DNA of 64,000 bases from Aggregatilineales bacterium (GTDB lineage: Bacteria; Chloroflexota; Anaerolineae; Aggregatilineales; UBA2796), in the NCBI GenBank assembly GCA_965246845.1, contig CBDFFR010000004.1, forward strand, positions 213,361 through 277,360, given 5' to 3'. Under the pieces are notes generated by a model. It was not told the origin of the DNA, made no database searches, and saw nothing but the letters and a program-made list of their open reading frames with translations. Below are positions 55,896-64,000 of the stretch, one piece after another (within the stretch, counting starts at the first letter, position 1; each line of letters starts with the position of its first letter). The position numbers and the translations under genes were made by a program.

Positions 55896-58800
55896 CTATT
55901 CTCCTATGCGTCCAGCCCAGCGCGTACCGGCATCATCAAGTTCGATTGTTAGCTGCTCATCCACCTCACGCAAGCTGCGCATGGGAGGTGGAATCAGTGC
56001 TTCGGAGACCCACTCAATATGCGAACCTGCTCCAAGAATTTGGTCAATATATTGATCTACCCGCTGCCCGATTTCTTGCTTGAACGCTTTTGGCCCCGGC
56101 GCATCAATATTTGAGACCCGATATGCTTCTTCTAGGAAAGGAATGAACTGTTCTCTTCGTACTTTTCCCTCCCGAATTAGTTTTTTCAGAAGGTCAAGGC
56201 GAGTTAGACTTCCTTTCCCCTTATCTTTCTCACTAATTGCGAGTCCCTGAAGCAACATTGCCATAAATAGACCAGGTAATGTGCGGGTCACACTGAACCG
56301 AGACCAACGATTGATTGCGACTGGTTCTACAAGTTGCCCTAGAAACTCGTGGAACTTGGTGAAGTATCCGTAATGACTTTGATCTCGCTCTCTTGCCGGG
56401 TGGTGGCACACAAAAACCAAGCCAACATGAGATCGTCCCACACGGCTAGAGGACTGGATGTACTCTGCCACTTGGTGTGGCATTCCGTAGAAGATAATAG
56501 AATTTAACCGACTCACATCAACGCCATGACTAACCATACTCGTTGCCAAAATCGTGTCTGGCGCTTCTCCCGGTAGTGGAAGTTGACGTTCAATTCGTTC
56601 AAGAGTTACCGCGACATCTGATGTCGTTACACTGCCAGTTAGTTCCGCGATTTCTAGGGCACGATACCCGCTTCGCTCAAGATCAGTATTCACCGCATCG
56701 CGCAAGTCCGTCTTAATGGACGACAAATCCCGTCCGCTCTGGAAATAAATTAGCGAAGTTACGTAGGGATCAAGCAGTTCTAACCAAGCATCTGTTCCAA
56801 GCTCAACCTCCCCGCCATATGGATTTGGCTGTCCAATCTCCATTACCTGAAGTCCTTGGACAACTTCATGGTAGTACTGAATTAGCTCTAGAATTGCGTT
56901 GAAGATCGTCTTGTTGTGTGGGATGATCCCCAGAAAAAGACGCTGCGGATAGTCAAGCGTTTCTGCATAAAACGACGTTTCAAGAGTTGGTCCAGGGCCA
57001 GGAAAGACCCTTGCTTCACTCGTGGTCCGACCATATAGGTGCTCTACCTGCCGCTCAAAAGCCTCAATGGTTGCCGACGATGCAATAATCTTTATCGGGG
57101 CTTCTTGCCCATATTCCCGTAAAAGGCGCTGTACAAAGGTTTCGTAATGCGCGTCAAACGTTCCCAAGCCTTCTTTTAACAGGTGCAATTCATCTTGAAT
57201 GAAAAGGGTCGGCCCAGATAATCCGTTCGGTACATCGCGTTTCAGCAGTTTCATGTCTTTACATTCCGGTTGGCAGCACTTTTCCGAATAGTACCCATGC
57301 ACCGTACACCATCCATCAACTTTTCCAAATAACAGTGACATATTCTTCTGATTGCCAATCCCAGCCAGCTTATCTATTGTTCCAACAATTACCGAAGGTA
57401 GATAGCGGTAGATTTCATTATCAACGACATAGACGGGGATGTAACCATTATCGAACTTACAGTTGGGATTAGTACAACGATGCCGCAGCCGCACCGCCTT
57501 CTCATCAAAAATGACTTCAACCGAGTTGGTGCGGCAAGACGGGCAGCGAATAATACGCTTCCATTGTTGGCGATCTCTTGCATCTAAAGCGCGGTCCCAA
57601 TCAGGCTCTCCTGGCCTGCCTCCAGTGGGAGGCGATAGCTTATTTGGAGTTCCGCCAGACCCTACAAAATAACCGACCGCAAAACCTGCGACATCGCGCC
57701 CTGACAAGCGAGGTTCTGAGCTTTGTTCTCGCCTCACCAGTTCAGCTAGCCCCATGATGTCTGCGACGCGCTGTGTTTGCTGGAGTGTAAGGAGGCGCAG
57801 GGGAAACCTCGTCCAAGCCGTTACTCCAGCCCGTTTCCCCCGCAGGCGGTCAAAAAAACAGTGAAACACGATTACGCCGAGATATGCCTCTGTCTTCCCA
57901 CCACCAGTTGGAAAATAAACAATATCGACCATTTCGCGTTCATTTGGAGCTGAAAAACTTGGATCAAGTAGCGCGGCTATTCCAGGAATCTGGCTCACCA
58001 GGAACACGATTTGAAATAACCGCCAAGCTTGTTTTTCTGAACGGCTAAAGGTTTCATTCGTTAACATGAAGGCGGTGCGAGTATCATTATTCGTCCGAAC
58101 CAAGTTCAAGCCAGCTTCGAAACGTTCAATTTCTGACTGGAACTCTCGAAAGTTTTTCAGATATTCCTGTTCAAATCGTTCATTCCACCAATCTTGACTT
58201 GCGTAGTAACTGGCACCTTCATCCCAGGTTGCCAGGTAATCACGCATACTCGACAGGATCGCTTCTAGTACTGAAATAGGGTTCGTAGCCAATTCATCAA
58301 ATCGCGCAACAGGATGAGACTGTGTACGGTAGCGTTTTTGGCGGTATAAAGGAACGCTTGTTGTGATCAGCGCGACACCATCATCTTCTTCGCCCCGCTC
58401 AATACTGCAATTGAAGCCTCGGGCAGGAACGGCACGATACTGGCTATATCGAAATCCGCGTGGCGCGAGATCGAACTCAAAAGGTATACAATCGCATTTT
58501 TCGAAGTTGAACCCGGCACCGGTTTCAAAGAAAAACGGCTCAACATTTCGGTTGGTTTCAAGCATGGGCGAATTATTCGCAAACTCTATCGAAATAAGCC
58601 GCTGCCCCTCCCCGTCTGTTAGCTCACTAGCACGAGTGGAGGCGACAACGTTCCATTTCCATTTGGGCACGACCTGTGTCCCCAATTTCTTGCAATAATC
58701 GCGATAATCGTCACCCGCAATATCTGATAAGACACTTTCAGGAACTCTAACTGGCGTGTCCTGATCACTCTGGGTTCGCAGGTTGTCTGGATCGGTAAGT

Positions 58801-59528
58801 GCTACAGTTTGGGCACGTCTCGTTTCTTCATCAACAGCTTCCTGTAGGTTGATCGCATCAACTACCCATTCACTTTGGCTATCTTCCCCAACTACCTTGA
58901 GTCGAACCGATCCGCTAGCGTAGCATGATATTTTCTTGAATTTTACGTAGAGCGTATCTGTAGGCGGTCGGCTTTTGCGCTTTCCTTTTAAGATAGCCGC
59001 TGCGTCTGAGGCATCGTCAGACCGATTCTGGCCGATGTCACTGGCACCTATGGGCTCACTTGTGAAGGTTTCAGTCTCGGTTGATGCGGTAGTTGATCCC
59101 GTCTCTGAGCCATTCCCCGCTGTCTTCGCTTGGTGTTCACTTTGTTGTTCGAAACTGGGGAATACGCGATAGTAACATGCCCATCGCAACCGAACATGAA
59201 CGACAAACTCTGAACTCTGTGGACGAACTCTGAATTCACCGCCAAAAGCGACCGGTGCCAGCTTTGTGAGCAATTCACTCGACAGGAAGGAAGCCGTGGC
59301 ATCCTCATCTTCTGGTGAAGGGCGTAAGTTTCCGATGAAATACTGATCTCTCGGTAGATTTAGTGTACATTCAGCCAAATTGCTGCCACTCGCGCGATTG
59401 CAGACTTCACCTGCAATGTAACTAGCTAAACCTTCTTCTTCAAAACCTCGTTCACTGTCAGTCAGTGATTTCAAGTTATTCAAATAGCGGCCCCCCCTTC
59501 TACCCGACCAAGCATTTCTCTTGTCCAA
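55896..59528 (-). CDS. drmA: Large SF2 DExH helicase, DISARM DrmA-like
   Basis: Motif I FPTGGGKTEAYLG, motif II FIQDELHLL, motif III SSATIE, motif VI QSSSRVGRS. 1210 aa with a long N-terminal domain, followed by DUF1998 and PLD genes. Confidence 0.75.
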   Translation of the reverse strand: MDKRNAWSGRRGGRYLNNLKSLTDSERGFEEEGLASYIAGEVCNRASGSNLAECTLNLPRDQYFIGNLRPSPEDEDATASFLSSELLTKLAPVAFGGEFRVRPQSSEFVVHVRLRWACYYRVFPSFEQQSEHQAKTAGNGSETGSTTASTETETFTSEPIGASDIGQNRSDDASDAAAILKGKRKSRPPTDTLYVKFKKISCYASGSVRLKVVGEDSQSEWVVDAINLQEAVDEETRRAQTVALTDPDNLRTQSDQDTPVRVPESVLSDIAGDDYRDYCKKLGTQVVPKWKWNVVASTRASELTDGEGQRLISIEFANNSPMLETNRNVEPFFFETGAGFNFEKCDCIPFEFDLAPRGFRYSQYRAVPARGFNCSIERGEEDDGVALITTSVPLYRQKRYRTQSHPVARFDELATNPISVLEAILSSMRDYLATWDEGASYYASQDWWNERFEQEYLKNFREFQSEIERFEAGLNLVRTNNDTRTAFMLTNETFSRSEKQAWRLFQIVFLVSQIPGIAALLDPSFSAPNEREMVDIVYFPTGGGKTEAYLGVIVFHCFFDRLRGKRAGVTAWTRFPLRLLTLQQTQRVADIMGLAELVRREQSSEPRLSGRDVAGFAVGYFVGSGGTPNKLSPPTGGRPGEPDWDRALDARDRQQWKRIIRCPSCRTNSVEVIFDEKAVRLRHRCTNPNCKFDNGYIPVYVVDNEIYRYLPSVIVGTIDKLAGIGNQKNMSLLFGKVDGWCTVHGYYSEKCCQPECKDMKLLKRDVPNGLSGPTLFIQDELHLLKEGLGTFDAHYETFVQRLLREYGQEAPIKIIASSATIEAFERQVEHLYGRTTSEARVFPGPGPTLETSFYAETLDYPQRLFLGIIPHNKTIFNAILELIQYYHEVVQGLQVMEIGQPNPYGGEVELGTDAWLELLDPYVTSLIYFQSGRDLSSIKTDLRDAVNTDLERSGYRALEIAELTGSVTTSDVAVTLERIERQLPLPGEAPDTILATSMVSHGVDVSRLNSIIFYGMPHQVAEYIQSSSRVGRSHVGLVFVCHHPARERDQSHYGYFTKFHEFLGQLVEPVAINRWSRFSVTRTLPGLFMAMLLQGLAISEKDKGKGSLTRLDLLKKLIREGKVRREQFIPFLEEAYRVSNIDAPGPKAFKQEIGQRVDQYIDQILGAGSHIEWVSEALIPPPMRSLREVDEQLTIELDDAGTRWAGRIGE

Positions 59529-62104
59529 AGGCCAAATTCTTTGCTCACAGATTTGATTTTCAGCACCATCAAAGAGTCGCGGAAATCCTTGAAAGATAGG
59601 CCAAGTTCTTCGTCAATCATATCGTCTTGGTCATCCGAAGTCCCCCCAAAACCTGGAACCTCACGGCTTAACCAAACATTCAGCCGTCGCGCAAGACTAC
59701 TACGCAAGCCGTGTAAGCGACCACCGGCACGATGGATACGCAGATAATGCTCACGCACAAAATCCATATCCAAGATTATTGCCAAGCGCTTCAAATCTTC
59801 TGGGTCTTGTGGTCGCAACGTTTCCCCATTAAGCCAGTTACGCAAAGGTTGTGCATCAGAGATCTTCGATCCTTGATCCTTCATAGCCGCAAAGAGACTG
59901 TCAAGTGTCCATTGTGATACGTTCCAGGCTCGTGGGACTTTGGCCTTTTTGTAGTGGGCTATTGCGAAATCTTCCTGCCAGCGTTCAACGAGTTTTACGT
60001 GCAAGTTTACCGCAGGATTACGATATACCCTGGAAATTATTAAGTCGAGCAAACTCTGCCGCCGTTGCCCATGAATATATACAATCCGATCTCCGGTGCG
60101 GAGAGAGGCCACATATCTCTCATCGGTGGTAACACCCTTGTTGGTAACCATGACGACGTTCACTTTATCGTCTATACTGAAGTATAGGTATTCGCCTGTA
60201 ATAAATTCAACTCGCAACGCTACTTCTACAAATTCGCTTTTTTGATGAGGTTTGACTGCTCCGGATTCCTCGGTATTCACAGCCAAATCGAAGCTAGACT
60301 CTTCATAATCCAATTCGGCATTCATCAAGAGCGCAGCTTCTTCTCGAAAATCGTAGTGTTGCCAAGCCGCTTTTCTTTCATCACCATTGCTGGTTTTTGT
60401 CGGAGATTGTATGTTGATAACATCTGAACTCCGCACTCTCAGCTTCGGCGGAATGTCAAAGGGATCAACGTTTGGACGTTTTTTCTTCGCTACCAGCGCA
60501 AGCGCGTCTGCACATTCAACAATATTCGGATAGATAAGGGAATTCCAGCGCTCAACACGGCGAACAAGAGCCGTCTCCTGATACGGATACAACACAACGC
60601 GAATGTCTTGCCTTTTCAGCATCGGCGAGAGATAAGATGTTGCCGTCCATGAGGGCAGACCAACCACCAGATACTGCCAATCAAGATCAGCGGATGGTAA
60701 ACCAGACAATAGCCGCATAACTTGGACTTGCTCCGAAGTACTTTGGGATGACAGAGTCAGCAAGTCATAAAGGTCATGAAGCGTAATCAGCCCTACTCGG
60801 AGCTTTTTCAAGTCATCTTCCGTAACATTATGATACGCCAGCAATGCTAGCGAAAACAACTTGCGATTCGCTTGCGTGGGAAAAACGAGCAGTCGAGCTG
60901 TCCCTGACGCGATATTATCCACACATATGTTGGCTAGAGCATTCCAAAGTACAGAATTGCCTTTCTCGAACCACTCGTGTGCATCACGCAAATACCCCTG
61001 GATATCGCCCAGTACGCCATAATAGGATGACTTATTCACTGCCAATGACTGAATATATTTATCGAGTGCTTGGCTGATTCTCGCCAAGTTACTAACGCCC
61101 CAAAAACTTTCGCTTTCTGCCTCAAAGAATTCGAGGGGAACGCAGAGATTCTCCATTGCTCTCAAGTACCTCCAGCAAAGCTGCGTAGTTCCTATAACGA
61201 TCCTACCTGCTTTCTCAATGTTGACTCGCGAAAGCGCGATATATGCCTGATGGAGCAATTCAATACCAATATTGTCACTGGAACTTGAAACGGCAACCGG
61301 CCAGATCGAACGTTCCTGGCTATTGAACAGGGCGTGTAGACCATCATGTAGGGGAGCTTTAATGGACGGAAGGGATCTGCCTTTTTCAGGACTCGGCCAG
61401 ATAAATACTTCCCCGCCACTCTCTTTGAACTCATCTACGACCAGCGATAGAGGGTTCTGAATCCAAGCGATGAGAGGAATGTTATGACTGACGGCGTATT
61501 CTGTGAGCGGTTTGATCCAACGCAGTTTTCCTTTGTCACCACAGTCTACAGCAATCCAGTTGGATTTATTATCACGACACACTGCCGCCGGATCGCCTGG
61601 TGCGTAAATGCATAATACGCTAGGCAAGTTGAAAGACCCAGTATTGCGTTTATCGCTCCTACCTTTGGGAATTTGCGTCGCCTGAAGGCGCTGAGACCTT
61701 TCTTTTTGGGAGAAGACGGAGTCAAGCGGCAATTTATTAAGGCTGACTTTGCCAATATGTTCCCGGATGCCAACCGTCGAGCCAAAGTAGAGTACTTGGC
61801 CGCCACGTATATTGCCCTGAATACGATCTGCGCTATCTATAATCAGGGCCGTCGAGAGCAGGAATGCTCCTCGATTTGGCGCATAGTCGGGAAGTACAAC
61901 CAGAAGTTGACGCCTTTCGGCCAATACTGTGCAAACAAGTTGGGCATTTAGTTTGTCGATGAGATCAGGCTGAACGCCTATCTCTGAAAAGCGCAGTCCA
62001 CCTTTCGCCCAAACGGACTGAAAAACCCGGTCGTTGGCCTTGGGTAACGATGAAAAACTCGACTCCAACCATTGGTACAAGCCAGCTTGGTCCATATTCG
62101 CCAC
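59480..62104 (-). CDS. 874-aa protein of unknown function coupled to drmA (possible DrmE analogue)
   Basis: Long low-GC ORF whose 3' end overlaps drmA by 49 nt. I recognise no Walker or other catalytic motif. The position upstream of drmA matches drmE in class 2 DISARM, but I cannot verify homology. Confidence 0.5.
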   Translation of the reverse strand: MANMDQAGLYQWLESSFSSLPKANDRVFQSVWAKGGLRFSEIGVQPDLIDKLNAQLVCTVLAERRQLLVVLPDYAPNRGAFLLSTALIIDSADRIQGNIRGGQVLYFGSTVGIREHIGKVSLNKLPLDSVFSQKERSQRLQATQIPKGRSDKRNTGSFNLPSVLCIYAPGDPAAVCRDNKSNWIAVDCGDKGKLRWIKPLTEYAVSHNIPLIAWIQNPLSLVVDEFKESGGEVFIWPSPEKGRSLPSIKAPLHDGLHALFNSQERSIWPVAVSSSSDNIGIELLHQAYIALSRVNIEKAGRIVIGTTQLCWRYLRAMENLCVPLEFFEAESESFWGVSNLARISQALDKYIQSLAVNKSSYYGVLGDIQGYLRDAHEWFEKGNSVLWNALANICVDNIASGTARLLVFPTQANRKLFSLALLAYHNVTEDDLKKLRVGLITLHDLYDLLTLSSQSTSEQVQVMRLLSGLPSADLDWQYLVVGLPSWTATSYLSPMLKRQDIRVVLYPYQETALVRRVERWNSLIYPNIVECADALALVAKKKRPNVDPFDIPPKLRVRSSDVINIQSPTKTSNGDERKAAWQHYDFREEAALLMNAELDYEESSFDLAVNTEESGAVKPHQKSEFVEVALRVEFITGEYLYFSIDDKVNVVMVTNKGVTTDERYVASLRTGDRIVYIHGQRRQSLLDLIISRVYRNPAVNLHVKLVERWQEDFAIAHYKKAKVPRAWNVSQWTLDSLFAAMKDQGSKISDAQPLRNWLNGETLRPQDPEDLKRLAIILDMDFVREHYLRIHRAGGRLHGLRSSLARRLNVWLSREVPGFGGTSDDQDDMIDEELGLSFKDFRDSLMVLKIKSVSKEFGLWTREMLGRVEGGAAI

Positions 62105-62195
62105 TTGTTACTAACTGCATTGCTAACGTTCGATTCTGGAAGCACAAGCTAGTTCAACGTAGTGAAATAGACTTTGTCTTCAAGTGAGTGTACCG

Positions 62196-64000
62196 TCATT
62201 TCTCAAAAGAGGCGGCTGCAAATACGGTAAATATAATCACAGTCACGTAACGATTTTCGTCCAGCTCTGGATAGATATCTTTCAATGTTGTTATTAATGC
62301 CTCTCTGTTTGGAAATCCGTCAGCAATTGCATGGTCATGGGTTAACATCTTAAGCTGACGCCATTGTACAGCGGTTACGTTCACAACTTGGCATTCTGCC
62401 CCACACTCTAGTAAGAGCAGCCCTGGTTTGATCGATTGCTTCCCTTTTCGAATTGTGCTGATCTTCTTGCCTTGTCTAATCGCCCGAAGATACTCGCCGC
62501 GAATTCTGAGTGATTGTGGTTGAGACGCGCCACCTTTCTGCGCTTTCACTTGCTCCATGAAGGACTTACCGCCAATAACCGTGTGATCCCACGCCGTCGT
62601 TAGTTGAATAACAATATCCGGTTTCAATGAGTGCAAAAAATACTGGCAATGTGGCGCAGCAGCGATGACGGTAGCACCGCATTTTCTTGCTATCCGCTGC
62701 AACTTGTCCGCTACAACATTGGCTGTTGCTAGATCGAGATTCGCGCAAAACTCATCTATTAGCCAGACATTAGTCCTTGTAGCAATTAATTTCGCCAACA
62801 TTGCTCGAAATTGCTGACCTTTGCTCAGCTCATCGAACCGTTTGAGATAGACATATGCATCTGAAAGCCCGACCAAGCCCATAATGCGAAGGGCCTCCGG
62901 AACACTTCGATCCGCCAAGATTTCAATGAGGGCCTTTTTCGACCGTATCGGCTCAAATATGCCCGGATGGTAGTTGGTCGGCACTGAAAACTGCCCAGTC
63001 GTTTCCATTTCAATCTGCGTGGGGACTTGGCCTGAACGAGCCAGATAGTCGAGCAGCGTGGTCTTTCCCGACCCCGAAGGACCAATGATCAAGGCAATCT
63101 GACCAGGCTTAATGTTCAAGGTCAGTTCGTTAATAACGGTCGTATCAATCTTATCCGGAGAAATACCAAACGCTTGTTGAACCGCATGACTTTGCTGAGT
63201 TCGTCTGACCTGAGAATGATAGGTTAGCGTGAAATCCTTGAGACAAATAGCCGAGCCAAGCATATCAAGAGCGGGAAGGTCGGGCAATGAATACTTGCTG
63301 GTGGGAGCTATCACCGCCACACGTTGGGCAAGAAATGCAGTTGCTTCATCGGTAAGTCCGCGCATATACGTCGGCTTTGGCAAACTTACGATTTCGTGGA
63401 ATAGAGCAAAATCCCGCAGAGCGCCCTCTAGGGAGAGGTTTTGGAGACGCCCCAGCAAATCATCAATAGTTAGCCCCTCTTGTTCGGCCAGCTTGAATGC
63501 ACGTTCCATTCTAGCTACCTGCTGATCCACAATACCACTCGAGTCTTGCCTGACAATTGTTCCCTCCCTTACGAGATCCACGCGGCTAGTAAGGTATTGC
63601 ATATCCTCATAGACGCGGTTTAGGTTTCCCTCAGTTTCTCCCACAAATGTGTAGCCTGCATGTTCTGCAAAGGGGACGAATTTCAGCATATCGGCAGAGA
63701 TTTCAATGAATAAAGGTTTTAATCCAGCAATCTGCCAACGCTGTGCAGCAAAATCGGCAGCATGTCGCATCATCACTTGCCCCAACCCTAGCCCGCGGAA
63801 TTCCGGATAAATCACACAACGCGCCACACGTACAACGAGGTTGATGTACTTTCGCGTCACATCCATATCCCAGTTCTCCCAACTGATCCCATTCTGCTTG
63901 AACGGGGCGTTGAGAAGGCTGGCACGGGCCTTATTCATGTAGAGCGGGGTTGCTAATTCGATATACCCCAAGACTCGTGGGAAAAGTGGATGAAATGCGC
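62196..64000 (-). CDS. GNAT acetyltransferase + ABC-type ATPase + ASCH (PUA-like) fusion protein, 5' end outside the window
   Basis: GNAT motif A CVIYPEFRGLGLGQVMMRHAADFA. Walker A IIGPSGSGKTTLL, ABC signature LSKGQQFR, Walker B VWLIDEF. The C-terminal module KKISTIRKGKQSIKPGLLLLECG...VNVTAV...DGF is ASCH-like. The frame stays open from 63971 to 64000. Confidence 0.6.
   Translation of the reverse strand, partial: AFHPLFPRVLGYIELATPLYMNKARASLLNAPFKQNGISWENWDMDVTRKYINLVVRVARCVIYPEFRGLGLGQVMMRHAADFAAQRWQIAGLKPLFIEISADMLKFVPFAEHAGYTFVGETEGNLNRVYEDMQYLTSRVDLVREGTIVRQDSSGIVDQQVARMERAFKLAEQEGLTIDDLLGRLQNLSLEGALRDFALFHEIVSLPKPTYMRGLTDEATAFLAQRVAVIAPTSKYSLPDLPALDMLGSAICLKDFTLTYHSQVRRTQQSHAVQQAFGISPDKIDTTVINELTLNIKPGQIALIIGPSGSGKTTLLDYLARSGQVPTQIEMETTGQFSVPTNYHPGIFEPIRSKKALIEILADRSVPEALRIMGLVGLSDAYVYLKRFDELSKGQQFRAMLAKLIATRTNVWLIDEFCANLDLATANVVADKLQRIARKCGATVIAAAPHCQYFLHSLKPDIVIQLTTAWDHTVIGGKSFMEQVKAQKGGASQPQSLRIRGEYLRAIRQGKKISTIRKGKQSIKPGLLLLECGAECQVVNVTAVQWRQLKMLTHDHAIADGFPNREALITTLKDIYPELDENRYVTVIIFTVFAAASFEK

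Noticed and set aside
1-64000. tRNA, rRNA or tmRNA genes as integration targets for the mobile elements
   Set aside because: I scanned the intergenic regions by eye (866-1160, 2313-2457, 19195-19635, 41979-42026, 52040-52071, 53263-53468) and saw no cloverleaf-like or rRNA-like sequence. A tRNAscan/Infernal run would be needed to be certain.

Overview
This 64 kb window is a mosaic. Positions 1-10.3 kb are ordinary chromosome: a TPR protein, psd/pssA, membrane proteins, a metallophosphoesterase, a LuxR-type two-component pair and a tandem SUKH protein. A sugar-utilisation block sits at 19.6-27.5 kb, with a ROK regulator, an ABC importer, GH15 and GH31. The rest is accessory DNA of three kinds. 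(1) Mobile-element DNA of one family. The intact copy at about 42.0-52.0 kb is an integrated, plasmid-like, mobilisable element. It carries an AEP primase/helicase, parMR, an HU-like protein, a relaxase, an XRE repressor, a GNAT and a large serine recombinase. A decayed sister lies at about 11.4-18.4 kb, with two large serine recombinases and non-coding copies of the element's repeat arrays, interrupted by an IS5-family IS. A short primase-gene relic lies at 40.08-40.46 kb, and an IS3-family IS at 52.07-53.26 kb. (2) A defence block at 27.4-40.1 kb. It holds a PLD+SNF2 helicase, xisH/xisI, a Gp37/Gp68 protein, and a large Eco57I/PglX-like N6-adenine methyltransferase translationally coupled to a 197-aa unknown and a HEPN-like protein. 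It also holds a DUF2726/zinc-ribbon protein and a NERD/UvrD-like helicase. (3) A low-GC minus-strand operon at 53.5-64.0 kb with a clear DISARM core (drmA helicase, drmB DUF1998, drmC PLD). No methyltransferase is adjacent to it. Upstream of drmA lie an 874-aa unknown protein and a GNAT + ABC-ATPase + ASCH fusion protein. This last operon is my best candidate for an undescribed system variant. No rRNA, tRNA or CRISPR array was seen. All protein calls rest on motifs read by eye from the supplied translations; no searches were run.
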